DNA of 64,000 bases, taken from positions 286,591 to 350,590 of the forward strand of contig JBGSXW010000002.1 in NCBI GenBank assembly GCA_041751215.1, given 5' to 3'. This document shows, one piece after another, positions 45,479-55,337 of this stretch. Position 1 is the first letter of the stretch. Every line of letters begins with the position of its first letter. The position numbers and the translations under genes are program-made. Origin of the DNA: Candidatus Saccharimonadales bacterium (GTDB taxonomy: Bacteria; Patescibacteriota; Saccharimonadia; Saccharimonadales; JBGSXW01). The notes under the pieces were generated by a model. It was given only the letters and a program-made list of their open reading frames with translations. It did no database searches and was not told the origin of the DNA.

Positions 45479-46706
45479 TTCTATAAACCCCCTTTAAATG
45501 CGAAACAAGAAACAACGATCCAGTTACTAGTATCGGGTTTTCGCCCTGCAAGGCTAGCTCCATTGCTGTTTCAGGATCCTCTTCTAGCGTAACGTCGGCT
45601 ATCCCTAAAATTTTTGCTGCAGCTGCGATTTTGTTTGGCGCTAAAGCATGGTGTGGCAGGTCTTGCTTTGCCGGAAAGCTCGTACAAATTAAGCGAGCAG
45701 TCTTTGGAGCGAGTAGTCTTATGCAGTCTCCGACCTGCATCTCCTTAGACTCCACCATCCCCATCACAACTGTAAACTTTTTGTCACTAGGTAAGCTGTT
45801 TGCTAAGGCCGTCATCTTAGAGGAGTTGTGCGCACCGTCAAAGATGACAGTCTTGCCGCTGATCGTCTCGTAGTCCATGCGCCCAGGAACTTGGATCGCG
45901 CTGGATTTTAGGTCATGTTCGTCTAGGTTTTTTAGATCATCTCGTTTTGATACGTAATCAAAAACTTCTTTAGCCAGCTGCCAGTTGTGTTGCTGATATT
46001 CCGACAAAGGCGCAGGTGCGACCTGAGGATCATCGACAACATTAAGCGCTGCAGACTGTTTGCTTGCAGTGTTTGCAACAACTTCCATTATCTCTTTGTC
46101 CTGGCGATGCATGAAAACCTGATTGCTAGGCTGAATAATACCGGCTTTTTGAGCGGCAATCTCTGAGAGTTCATTACCTAGAATGTTGGTGTGATCAAAA
46201 CCAATATCAGTGACTACGCAAATCTTATCGGCTCGCGAGACGACGTTAGTGCCGTCGATCAATCCGCCCAGCCCGACTTCAACAACTGCGTAATCAACCT
46301 GTTCTTTAGCAAACACCCAATAGGCAAAGGCTACAAGTAATTCAAAGTAGGTTGGTTCAAGGTCTAGCAGACCTTCTGTGCTCATGAACTCATTTAAAAG
46401 CTCGCAGAACTTCTGCTCCTCTAGCGGCTGGCCATTTATTTGCACCCGCTCATTAACATCAACGATGTGCGGAGAGACGGTTAGTCCAACTTGTTTGCCA
46501 GCTAGCTTCAACATTTCGGCAATAAAATAAGAAGTCGAGGTTTTACCAGAAGTGCCCGCAACATGAATGACTTTAAGCTTATTCTGGGGGCTACCAAGAA
46601 GCTCCATGATCTTGTACATGCGATCTAGGCTATAAGCACCGACACGTTTATTCGGCACATATTTAGCCAGGACAAGATTTGCTTGCTGTAGTGTTTGCAT
46701 CTCCAT
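45471..46706 (-). CDS. folC: Folylpolyglutamate synthase / dihydrofolate synthase
   Basis: P-loop HVAGTSGKTST and Mur-ligase-like organisation. Confidence 0.9.
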   Translation of the reverse strand: MEMQTLQQANLVLAKYVPNKRVGAYSLDRMYKIMELLGSPQNKLKVIHVAGTSGKTSTSYFIAEMLKLAGKQVGLTVSPHIVDVNERVQINGQPLEEQKFCELLNEFMSTEGLLDLEPTYFELLVAFAYWVFAKEQVDYAVVEVGLGGLIDGTNVVSRADKICVVTDIGFDHTNILGNELSEIAAQKAGIIQPSNQVFMHRQDKEIMEVVANTASKQSAALNVVDDPQVAPAPLSEYQQHNWQLAKEVFDYVSKRDDLKNLDEHDLKSSAIQVPGRMDYETISGKTVIFDGAHNSSKMTALANSLPSDKKFTVVMGMVESKEMQVGDCIRLLAPKTARLICTSFPAKQDLPHHALAPNKIAAAAKILGIADVTLEEDPETAMELALQGENPILVTGSLFLVSHLKGVYRND

Positions 46707-46822
46707 ACGTAGACATCTTACTTGATTAGTTCGTGGTCATCGAGCCCAGTTGTTCGTATACTGGCTTTATTATGAGTACGAGTATTTGGCAGCGGCTGCC
46801 GATTTGAAGCAGAGAATCTAAA

Positions 46823-47077
46823 CTATTCTTGCTCTATATCTAGATCTGGCTCAGAGGTTGTTACCGAAAACTCGCCAGTACCAAAGTTAAATCTCAGCCT
46901 CCCGGTGCCGCCTTCGTGCATTGGCACTATCGGGTCGATATCGACTGCAGATCTTGCGTGCTGATCATCTCCCCAGTTTTCAGAATTATACGGATCCCTA
47001 GAGTGTAATCGATGCAACTCTTCTCTTGTTACTCTGATGGGTTCTTCGTCAAAGCCAGCTTCTTGTGATTCTCTCAT
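46823..47077 (-). CDS. Hypothetical protein
   Basis: 84-aa acidic ORF. No motif recognised. Confidence 0.45.
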   Translation of the reverse strand: MRESQEAGFDEEPIRVTREELHRLHSRDPYNSENWGDDQHARSAVDIDPIVPMHEGGTGRLRFNFGTGEFSVTTSEPDLDIEQE

Positions 47078-47096
47078 GTGCCTACCTTACCATTAA

Positions 47097-47384
47097 TTAT
47101 TCTGACTTGTTGGGTAACTTGCTTGGCGTGTCTTTTGTTCCCGGCAAATCAGATTTGAGTCGCAGCTTTTGAACTGCAAGTGTCGCCCATAACAAGCACA
47201 TGATGGCGTTCATGAGCGATGACAGCCACAAACCAAGACTTGCGTAGGTAAAAACCAGTATAAAAAGAATGCTCGAGGTCATTACGCTGGTCGTGAGGGC
47301 TGGCTTATCTTGGCTGAGCAATGAGGGAATTAGAGCAATTGTAAAAAATACGCCACCGATTGAAATTATTATATCTTGCCACAT
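47097..47384 (-). CDS. Small three-TM membrane protein
   Basis: 95 aa, hydrophobic. Confidence 0.5.
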   Translation of the reverse strand: MWQDIIISIGGVFFTIALIPSLLSQDKPALTTSVMTSSILFILVFTYASLGLWLSSLMNAIMCLLWATLAVQKLRLKSDLPGTKDTPSKLPNKSE

Positions 47385-47504
47385 TTGAGTTTGATTATAT
47401 CAGTATTCCCTCGATTGTAGGCGCAGTAAGCATAGGCATCTTATTGCCCATTTGCTATCTGTATGGTAGATTAAAAGTGACGAATTAGATAAAAAAGGTG
47501 TTCT

Positions 47505-48467
47505 TTGAAGATTCTCAGCAGTAAGCTCTTAGCAGTTACTCTCTCATTGGCTTTTATGTTCGGCCTTGCGGGTCTAGTAAGAGCGTCTCATCCCACTGTT
47601 GAACTTGGTACAGCTGAAAATTTTGCAATTTTAGCCGGAACCGCCATAAGTGATGTTCCGACTTCTACCGTTATTGGTGATGTTGGCCTGCACCCAGCTG
47701 CTGGCTCGGCAATTACTGGTCTGACTTGTGCAGGAGTAACTGGAACAATCTACGATGTAGATGGCACTTTTGCTGGTGCCTGTGAAGTAGAAGACGAGCC
47801 CCTCTTAAATATCGCCAAGCAGGACTTGGTAACCGCTTATGACGATGCAGCTGGACGAACGCCGGTTACCACAATAGCCACTGAGCTTGGTGGTCAAACC
47901 TTAGTTGATGGCACCTATGATTCTGATTCAACGACCTTCACAATTTCGGCTGGATCAGGTCCACTTGTGCTTGATGGTGGAGGCAACCCAGATGCCGTAT
48001 TCATCTTCCAAATGGACTCGGGCGCGACCGGACTAGTAGTCGGTCCAGGCAGTGAGGTAGAACTTATAGGTGAGGCTCAAGCTTGTAATGTCTTCTGGCG
48101 ACTGAACACTGCAACGATTGATACTGCGGCAGTCTTTAAAGGTACGATCTTAGCCCTAACTTCAATCACAGTTGCCGACGGTGCTGAGATTGAGGGAAGA
48201 TTACTGGCTCGCAACGGTAGCGTAAGCTTGATCAACGACACAATCACCGTACCGACAACCTGTGTCGCCGGTGACTCCGATGATTCAGACGACTCCGATG
48301 ACGACACTTCTACCAATGACACCACTCCAGGCTTCCCAAACACCGGGTTTAGTAACGAAAACTCCACCGATGATCTATGGAAGTTAATCCTGCCAGCTGG
48401 GTTTATTGTTGGCCTAATTTCGTTATATCTTGTTCGAAGAAACCGTGCTGCTCAGCACAAACAATAG
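47505..48467 (+). CDS. DUF3494 (ice-binding-like beta-helix) surface protein with sortase signal
   Basis: TTG start after AAGGTG, a signal peptide, and ENFAILAGTAISDVPTSTVIGDVGLHP. The C-terminus has FPNTG, a TM helix and RRNR. Confidence 0.75.
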   Translation: MKILSSKLLAVTLSLAFMFGLAGLVRASHPTVELGTAENFAILAGTAISDVPTSTVIGDVGLHPAAGSAITGLTCAGVTGTIYDVDGTFAGACEVEDEPLLNIAKQDLVTAYDDAAGRTPVTTIATELGGQTLVDGTYDSDSTTFTISAGSGPLVLDGGGNPDAVFIFQMDSGATGLVVGPGSEVELIGEAQACNVFWRLNTATIDTAAVFKGTILALTSITVADGAEIEGRLLARNGSVSLINDTITVPTTCVAGDSDDSDDSDDDTSTNDTTPGFPNTGFSNENSTDDLWKLILPAGFIVGLISLYLVRRNRAAQHKQ

Positions 48468-48479
48468 AAAAGTCGTCCC

Positions 48480-49088
48480 TTGAGCTTATCAGCTAAGCTA
48501 GTCGCTTCTGCCGGCGGCTTATTGGTTAGCCTGGGAGCCGTCTTCGTATTTTCAGTTTTTATGGCCCAGCCGGCTACGAACATAGCCCCTAATCCAGGTT
48601 TAGGGGAGCAACATGCAGCACGTGCCAATAAAAATGCCGACTTTGGTTTGCCAGTGCGTCTAAAAATTCCCGCACTCAAAATCAATGCCCCTATAGCCCC
48701 TGTGGGCACTACTCCCGAGGGGGATATGGAATCACCAAAGGGTCCCGACGACGTTGGCTGGTATAAGCCAGGCCCTCATCCAGGTAACACCGGTACCGCT
48801 GTACTTGCTGGGCATTACGGTCGTTGGATCGATGGTAGGCCCTCAGTTTTTGATAATTTACATAAGTTAAAAACAGGCGACATCATCTATACCATAGACG
48901 CAAATGGAGCGTCAGCCGCCTTTGTAGTGCGCGGACAACGGACTTACGGGCAGAACGAAGAAGCTCAAGATGTTTTTGTTTCCAAAGATGGGCAAACCCA
49001 TCTTAATCTCATAACCTGCGAGGGAGATTGGAGCGAGGCTGAACAAACTTACTCCAAACGGCTAGTGGTGTTTGCTGATGGAGTATAA
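48480..49088 (+). CDS. Sortase (class F-like)
   Basis: N-terminal TM helix, LAGHYG, and the catalytic LITCEG. It lies immediately downstream of a sortase substrate. Confidence 0.85.
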   Translation: MSLSAKLVASAGGLLVSLGAVFVFSVFMAQPATNIAPNPGLGEQHAARANKNADFGLPVRLKIPALKINAPIAPVGTTPEGDMESPKGPDDVGWYKPGPHPGNTGTAVLAGHYGRWIDGRPSVFDNLHKLKTGDIIYTIDANGASAAFVVRGQRTYGQNEEAQDVFVSKDGQTHLNLITCEGDWSEAEQTYSKRLVVFADGV

Positions 49089-49178
49089 AAAGCAAGCAGT
49101 TGGTGTCTCTTGTTGAAATAAGAATACTCGATCGATCGGCAAGATAGTGCACGCTGGCAGGCCGATCGATCAAGTGCT

Positions 49179-49353
49179 CTGGTACGCCCGGACGGATGGA
49201 CCTTCGGTCCGCTTCCTCATGTGCTCGATGCGAGCATCTGCGCACACTCGTCACGAACGAACCGACTGCTTCGCAGTATGCGGTTCAAATCCGTGCTCGA
49301 GAGAATCGAGCTGAAAAATAAAACCACCCGCAGAGGGTGGCTTAATTTTTCAG
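49179..49353 (-). repeat. tRNA-trailing GC-rich module, Arg copy (bounded by 19-nt direct repeat)
   Basis: Plus-strand CTGGTACGCCCGGACGGAT occurs at 49179-49197 and again at 49354-49372 (the tRNA-Arg 3' end). H1 spans 49258-49286 and the 60-nt insert spans 49198-49257. Confidence 0.8.
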
Positions 49354-49354
49354 C

Positions 49355-49431
49355 TGGTACGCCCGGACGGATTCGAACCGCCGACCCCTTGGTTCGAAGC
49401 CAAGTACTCTATCCAGCTGAGCTACGGGCGC
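49355..49431 (-). tRNA. tRNA-Arg (anticodon TCG), CCA encoded
   Basis: Minus strand GCGCCCG...CTTGG-CTTCGAA-CCAAG...GGCGG-TTCGAAT-CCGTC-CGGGCGT-A-CCA. Confidence 0.9.
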
Positions 49432-49468
49432 GCATTTGCTCGCTTACTATAGCATAAAGTTATCAAGT

Positions 49469-49960
49469 TTACCCCTGTTCGGGCTGAGATTGTTCTTCTA
49501 GGGCTTCCTCAAGCGCTCGCGCGACTTCTCGGGCGTGCGCTTTCGACATTCCAAGCTTGGATATAACTTTAAAGTTCTCTCCGGTCTGCTGTGCGAAACT
49601 GACAATTACACCGTAGTCATTGGTTGCAACTTTAACTGAATCCGTAAACGCAATCTGGTTCGGATCCACAACCTGAACAGTCAGCTTCATAACTTCGAGT
49701 GGCATTTTGAATAAACCGCTAGTTTCGTCTTCGTCATATCCGGCCAACTCCCACAGCCGTGCAGCTTCGCCTTCGCGCAAACTAAAGTGGGTAACTAGCA
49801 AATTAAGTAAGTCGGTATTTGGCAGCTCTTCGCCCTTTTCAAATCGAGCTAACTTATCTGGTTCAATCTCGATAGCTCCAGAAACATCCTCTAGAGATTC
49901 TTTGGCAGCAACTCTAAACGCGCGCAGGGCTACGCCAAAATCTTTGTACGGATTAGTCAT
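49469..49960 (-). CDS. XRE-family HTH protein with C-terminal DUF3467-like domain
   Basis: 163 aa with the N-terminal HTH FGVALRAFRVAAKESLEDVSGAIEIEPDKLARFEKG. Confidence 0.65.
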   Translation of the reverse strand: MTNPYKDFGVALRAFRVAAKESLEDVSGAIEIEPDKLARFEKGEELPNTDLLNLLVTHFSLREGEAARLWELAGYDEDETSGLFKMPLEVMKLTVQVVDPNQIAFTDSVKVATNDYGVIVSFAQQTGENFKVISKLGMSKAHAREVARALEEALEEQSQPEQG

Positions 49961-50207
49961 TTTTACGTAACCTCATAATCACTTCCATGATAGGACCGCA
50001 GAGGTAGTGGGTCAATAGGCAGTCAGTACGTTATACTCATCAGATCTTCTTCGATAATTCGCTTCTATATTTAAATTCAGAGTTTTTTGTGCGAAAGCAG
50101 TGAATTACGAGGAAGCATATCAGGAAGATACGCTGACGAGTGATGAGCTGTTTGCAGCCAAAAAGAATGAGTTTAGGATAGAATGGAATTATGGAAGAAG
50201 ATCTTTA

Positions 50208-51236
50208 ATGGAACTACACGAAAACGTACCCTTGCAACAATTTTCAACCATGCGCCTTGGTGGCGAAGCCCGCTACCTTGCAAAAGTTGAGTCAGAATCT
50301 GATGTCACCAAGATGGTGGCGTGGGCGCAGCGTCTTAAGTTGCCGATTATTATGATTGGCCAGGGCAGCAACATTATCTGGAAGGACGAGGGCTTTGAGG
50401 GCCTGGTCATGGTTAACGCGGTTGAGGGTTTTGAGCTTAATCAGATCGATGACTTTACAGCCTTGCTAACCGTTGGCGCCGGGGAGAACTGGGATCAAGT
50501 CGTTGGGCGCAGTGTTCAAATGGGGTATAGCGGCCTTGAATTACTTTCGCTTATCCCTGGGTTGACCGGTGCTACACCGGTTCAAAACGTTGGTGCCTAC
50601 GGCCAAGAAGTTAAGAACATTTTGAAGTCGGTCCATGCTTATGACTTAAAGTCACACAAATTTGTTGATATAAACAACAAGGATTGTCAGTTTGGTTACC
50701 GCACTAGTCGATTTAAGACTTCGGACCGAGGACGCTTCTTAATAACCTCTGTAACCTTTGAGCTAACCACAGAATCGCCCACTCCCCCGTTTTATGGATC
50801 ACTCCAGAACTACCTAGATGCACACGGCATCAAGGATTACTCAGTCCAGGTACTGCGAGACGCAGTAGTTCAGATTAGAAGCCAGAAGCTACCTGATCCT
50901 AACGACATCGCCAACAACGGTTCATTTTTTGCTAATCCAGTCATAGATAAAGATGCCTTTAAAAAACTACACTCTCAGTATCCAGAAATTGTGAGCTGGC
51001 CAACAAGCGACGGACGCGTAAAGCTGTCGGCTGCGTGGCTATTAGAAACAGCTGGTTTTAAGGACTATCACGATACACAAACTGGCATGGCTACTTGGCC
51101 CAAGCATTCACTGGTCTTTGTAAACGAGTACGCCAAGCACACTCATGAACTAATTGCCTTCCGTGACAAAATTATGGCCGCCGTAAAAACTAAGTTTGAT
51201 GTTGATTTAGAGCAAGAACCTGAGCTGTTACCCTAG
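50208..51236 (+). CDS. murB: UDP-N-acetylenolpyruvoylglucosamine reductase
   Basis: FAD-binding N-terminus STMRLGGEARY and a MurB C-terminal domain. The start is moved to ATG 50208; the track start is 50100. Confidence 0.88.
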   Translation: MELHENVPLQQFSTMRLGGEARYLAKVESESDVTKMVAWAQRLKLPIIMIGQGSNIIWKDEGFEGLVMVNAVEGFELNQIDDFTALLTVGAGENWDQVVGRSVQMGYSGLELLSLIPGLTGATPVQNVGAYGQEVKNILKSVHAYDLKSHKFVDINNKDCQFGYRTSRFKTSDRGRFLITSVTFELTTESPTPPFYGSLQNYLDAHGIKDYSVQVLRDAVVQIRSQKLPDPNDIANNGSFFANPVIDKDAFKKLHSQYPEIVSWPTSDGRVKLSAAWLLETAGFKDYHDTQTGMATWPKHSLVFVNEYAKHTHELIAFRDKIMAAVKTKFDVDLEQEPELLP

Positions 51237-51692
51237 TTAGTATTCTTGAAACTCAAAGTATGGTTCGGTGCTGCTGCTTCGATGATCTAACACAGCTTTA
51301 ACTACTGGGTCGAGCTTTTCGGGCAAGTCGTCTAGCGGGAACCAACCCATGTCGTCACATTTGTGCGGTTCGCATATTTTAGCCTCTCCTTGCCACTTAC
51401 TGGCTTCGAAAAAGAAGTCTACTCGTTCGTGATCATGCTCAGCCGCTCGTCTTGCCACCACGACAGATAGTTTTAGATCTTCGGGTTTGACCGTAAGTCC
51501 GGATTCTTCTTTGAGCTCTCGCACGGCACAGGCAATTGGCAGCTCCTCGGGCTCTGCATGGCCGGAGGGAGTAGAGTAAAAGCCGTCAATGTAGCCTGTG
51601 TTGTGTCGTCGATGTAATAAAAGTTCGCCGTCTTTTATGCAAAGCACGTAGCACGCTGGAACATACTTGTGACGATCTTTGTATGACGTCAT
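51237..51692 (-). CDS. NUDIX hydrolase
   Basis: Nudix box GHAEPEELPIACAVRELKEESGL. Confidence 0.8.
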   Translation of the reverse strand: MTSYKDRHKYVPACYVLCIKDGELLLHRRHNTGYIDGFYSTPSGHAEPEELPIACAVRELKEESGLTVKPEDLKLSVVVARRAAEHDHERVDFFFEASKWQGEAKICEPHKCDDMGWFPLDDLPEKLDPVVKAVLDHRSSSTEPYFEFQEY

Positions 51693-52969
51693 GAATCGCT
51701 CGGTAGAGGAAATTGTTTACAAAAATCTTTAACTTCGTTTTTAAGCGACTCGAGTTTTTTATCGTCGCTGCGCGCATCAATAGCTTGTTTCATCCAATCG
51801 GCTACCTGCTCCATATGCTCCACCTTCATGCCACGGGTAGTAATAGCGGGAGTACCTAAACGGATACCGCTAGGTTTAAACGGCGGCAAAGTGTCGTCAG
51901 GAATGGCGTTTTTATTAAGGGTCAAGCCAATCTTATCTAGTGCTACTTCAGCGACTTTTCCATCGATGCCGAAACTAGTGTGAACATCCGCGAGTATTAA
52001 ATGGTTGTCGGTGCCATTTGTTACCAACTTAAATCCTCGCTTCATTAGCTCATCTGCGAGTTTTTTGGCGTTGTCTACAACTTGTTGCGCATAGTTCTTA
52101 AACTCTGGTTGCATGGCCTCGCCCAAGGCTACGGCTTTAGCGAGGGTGTTGTTCATATGTGGGCCGCCCTGAAGTCCCGGAAAGACCTCTCGGTCAATTA
52201 ATGTTGGTAGATTTTCGATAGTTTTTTCTGGCGCTTTAAGTGGATTGCCGACCGTTCCTTTAGTTAGAATCATGCCTCCGCGTGGACCGCGCAGCGTCTT
52301 GTGTGTAGTGGTGGTCATGACGTGAAAACCATAATCAAACGGATTTTTGGCAACTCCGCCAGCGATCAAACCGGCGATGTGTGCCATGTCAGCCATCGCC
52401 ACCGCCCCCACTTCGTCGGCAATCGCCGAGAACTTAGAATAATCAAGTTCACGCGGATAGGCCGAGAAGCCAGCCAAAATTATCTTTGGTTTATGCTTAA
52501 GGGCCAGCTCGCGCATGTGGTCGTAATCGATTTCACCAGTTTCGACATCCTTCATCTTGTAACGAATGAAGTTATATAGCTTGGCCATATAGGTGACTGG
52601 ATGTCCGTGAGTAAGATGACCACCGTGACCCAAATCCATGCCCATAACGGTATCGCCAGGCTCTAACCAGGAAAAGTAGACGGCTACGTTAGCCGGAGCG
52701 CCAGAGTGGGGCTGTACGTTTGCGTGATCTGATCCAAAAATGGCCTTGGCGCGGTCAATAGCCATTTGTTCTACTAAATCTGTAAATTCTTGACCACCAT
52801 AATAGCGCTTACCGGGGTAGCCCTCTGAGTATTTATTAGTGAAAACGCTGCCAAGTGCATTTAGCACGTCTCGGCTGACGTAGTTTTCAGAGGGAATTAG
52901 CTCTAAGCCTTGACGTTGTCGGGTTTCTTCACCCAGTAGCAGCTCCTGAAGTTGTTTGTCTGATAGCAT
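51689..52969 (-). CDS. glyA: Serine hydroxymethyltransferase
   Basis: TTTTHKTLRGPRGG PLP site. The start at ATG 52969 follows RBS GGAGGG. Confidence 0.95.
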   Translation of the reverse strand: MLSDKQLQELLLGEETRQRQGLELIPSENYVSRDVLNALGSVFTNKYSEGYPGKRYYGGQEFTDLVEQMAIDRAKAIFGSDHANVQPHSGAPANVAVYFSWLEPGDTVMGMDLGHGGHLTHGHPVTYMAKLYNFIRYKMKDVETGEIDYDHMRELALKHKPKIILAGFSAYPRELDYSKFSAIADEVGAVAMADMAHIAGLIAGGVAKNPFDYGFHVMTTTTHKTLRGPRGGMILTKGTVGNPLKAPEKTIENLPTLIDREVFPGLQGGPHMNNTLAKAVALGEAMQPEFKNYAQQVVDNAKKLADELMKRGFKLVTNGTDNHLILADVHTSFGIDGKVAEVALDKIGLTLNKNAIPDDTLPPFKPSGIRLGTPAITTRGMKVEHMEQVADWMKQAIDARSDDKKLESLKNEVKDFCKQFPLPSDS

Positions 52970-53027
52970 AGCTCTACCCTCCTTTCCTTGTGGTCTGATT
53001 ATACACAAGGTTTGCTATGCTTGACCT

Positions 53028-53777
53028 ATGATGGTCGGAATTTTTGGAATCTTAAATATTACGCCGGACAGTTTTTCTGACGGAAATAAGTTCATGGCTG
53101 TCGACAAAGCTCTAGCGCAAGCTGGCAAGTTAATTGGCGAAGGCGCCGACTATGTTGACGTAGGCGGTGAAGCTACCAACCCTTGGGCTAAGCCAATTGA
53201 CGCTAATCAGGAGTGGACCCGAATTGAAAAGATTGTTAGTGCTCTACTAAAAAACTACCGAGATAAAATATCGCTCGATACCCGGCACCCCGAAACCGCC
53301 AGACGATTCTTGGAACTAGGCGGAACAGTGCTAAACGATGTGTCGGGCTTTTGTGACCCAAAGATGATCGAGGTGGCTTCAATATACAAACCGCTGTGCA
53401 TAATTAACCACTTCCCCGGCTCTAGCCCGGCAGAAGTGCATAAACAACAAGTGGACGATGCAGGACAAGTGAAGTCTGACCTGCTCCGCAAAGCAATGCA
53501 GCTACAAAAAGCTGGTATACCAAGAGATAAAATCATACTAGATCCAGGCATCGGCTTTGGAAAAACAATGGATTTGAATAGCAAGTTACTGAATTTTCCA
53601 CAAGACGTGCCTGACTGGCCGGTTATGATTGGGTATTCGAGAAAGCGTTTTTTAGGCGACCAGCGCTTTGAGCTAGATCCAAATCTGGAAGCAGCAAAAC
53701 AATGTGTAAAAGCCGGCGCTAAATACCTACGCGTCCACGATGTAGCCCCTACTGTGGAGTTGCTCAAAGCCTTGTAG
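53028..53777 (+). CDS. folP: Dihydropteroate synthase
   Basis: GILNITPDSFSDG, DVGGEAT and DPGIGFGK. Confidence 0.9.
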   Translation: MMVGIFGILNITPDSFSDGNKFMAVDKALAQAGKLIGEGADYVDVGGEATNPWAKPIDANQEWTRIEKIVSALLKNYRDKISLDTRHPETARRFLELGGTVLNDVSGFCDPKMIEVASIYKPLCIINHFPGSSPAEVHKQQVDDAGQVKSDLLRKAMQLQKAGIPRDKIILDPGIGFGKTMDLNSKLLNFPQDVPDWPVMIGYSRKRFLGDQRFELDPNLEAAKQCVKAGAKYLRVHDVAPTVELLKAL

Positions 53778-53822
53778 ACTCGAAAGCGCATATCAAATGT
53801 GATATTATTGTCGGTACAAATC

Positions 53823-55337
53823 ATGACAACCGACACCCAAAAAATCGGACAAATGATCTCGGCAGTGCGTCGCCAACGAGGACTCACTCAGACTGAGATG
53901 GCCAAGCAACTCAAAACCTCGCAAAGTGCAATTAACCGCATCGAGAAGGGCAATCAAAATGTCAGTATCGAGATGCTCGCGCGCATTAGTGAGGTGCTTA
54001 ATAAAGAAATAGTCTCGCTCTCGGGCGAGTCGATTAGTTTTAAGGTTGAGGGCGCGCAGAAACTCTCCGGATCTGTTGACGTCAAGGTTTCTAAGAACGC
54101 CAGCATGGGATTGCTTTGTGCCGCGCTACTAAACCAAGGAACCACGACACTTAAGCGAGTGCCTCGAATCGAGGAAGTAAATCGCATCCTTGAAGTTCTT
54201 GGCAGCATCGGCGTCGGCATTCGTTGGAAGCCTAACGGCGACCTCGAACTCAAGCCCCCAAAGAAGCTTGCGTTAGATAAAATGGACGTCAAAGCAGCTC
54301 GAAAAACTCGTACTGTCATCATGTTGCTTGGTCCGCTAATGCATATCTTTAATGAGTTTAAGCTTCCCTACGCTGGAGGCTGCGATCTTGGGACCCGCAC
54401 CGTGCAGCCACACTTATTCGCGCTTGAGGACTTTGGTGTCGACATCAAAGCCACGCGTGGTTACTACGACGTTAAGGTTAAGGCCAAAAAGCCAGACACC
54501 ATCGTGATGTATGAATCAGGCGACACACCAACCGAAAACATCCTGATGGCTGCAGCAAAGCGCGAAGGCACAACTGTCATTAAGTTTGCTTCCGCAAACT
54601 ATGCGGTTCAGGATCTATGCCTGTTCCTCAAATTGTTTGGGGTTAAGATCGATGGCATAGGCACCACCACTTTGACTGTCACTGGTGTTAAAAAGTTTAA
54701 CAAAAACGTCACCTACGCCCCAAGCGAAGATCCAATTGAAGCAATGCTGTTTATTTCGATCGCCGCCACCACAAAATCTGCAATAACCATCCAGCGCTGC
54801 CCGATAGACTTCTTGGAACTAGAGCTTCTTAAACTTAAAAAGATGGGCTTTAAGTATAAAATTCTCAAACGCTACAAAGCCAACAACGGCTATACCGAAC
54901 TTGTTGACATCAAGACTCAGCCCAGTGACCTAGTGGCACTAGAAGAAAAACTATACGCTCGCCCATTCCCCGGCCTTAACATTGATAACTTACCTTTCTT
55001 TGTGCCGATTGCCGCTGTTGCAAAAGGTCGCACGCTGGTGCACGACTGGGTGTTTGAGAACCGAGCAATCTATTACACCGAGCTAAACAAGCTCGGCGCC
55101 AAAGTTACTCTGGCCGATACTCACCGAGTTTACGTTGATGGACCAACCAAGTTTAAGGCAGCCGAAATCGTTAGCCCGCCAGCGCTCAGACCGGCCGTAA
55201 TCATCTTGATTGCCATGCTGGCAGCCGAGGGAACTTCGATTCTAAGAAACGTTTACTCGATTAACCGCGGCTACGAAGACCTAGCGGAACGACTCAACCA
55301 GCTCGGCGCTCAAGTTAGCATTTTGCGTGACATCTAG
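53823..55337 (+). CDS. murA: XRE-type HTH domain fused to UDP-N-acetylglucosamine 1-carboxyvinyltransferase
   Basis: The N-terminal ~65 aa are IGQMISAVRRQRGLTQTEMAKQLKTSQSAINRIEKG, followed by the MurA fold with the active-site Cys context PYAGGCDLGTR. Confidence 0.85.
   Translation: MTTDTQKIGQMISAVRRQRGLTQTEMAKQLKTSQSAINRIEKGNQNVSIEMLARISEVLNKEIVSLSGESISFKVEGAQKLSGSVDVKVSKNASMGLLCAALLNQGTTTLKRVPRIEEVNRILEVLGSIGVGIRWKPNGDLELKPPKKLALDKMDVKAARKTRTVIMLLGPLMHIFNEFKLPYAGGCDLGTRTVQPHLFALEDFGVDIKATRGYYDVKVKAKKPDTIVMYESGDTPTENILMAAAKREGTTVIKFASANYAVQDLCLFLKLFGVKIDGIGTTTLTVTGVKKFNKNVTYAPSEDPIEAMLFISIAATTKSAITIQRCPIDFLELELLKLKKMGFKYKILKRYKANNGYTELVDIKTQPSDLVALEEKLYARPFPGLNIDNLPFFVPIAAVAKGRTLVHDWVFENRAIYYTELNKLGAKVTLADTHRVYVDGPTKFKAAEIVSPPALRPAVIILIAMLAAEGTSILRNVYSINRGYEDLAERLNQLGAQVSILRDI

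Noticed and set aside
49265-49310. A T-arm-like GCGGTTCAAATCCGTG on the plus strand, suggesting an inverted second tRNA gene next to tRNA-Arg.
   Set aside because: No D-arm, no 7-nt anticodon loop and no acceptor 5' strand can be built upstream. The sequence is simply the complement of the H1 5' strand and its left flank in the trailing module.
53255-53887. 210-aa minus-strand ORF.
   Set aside because: It is antisense to the well-supported folP (GILNITPDSFSDG, DPGIGFGK). It is a shadow ORF.
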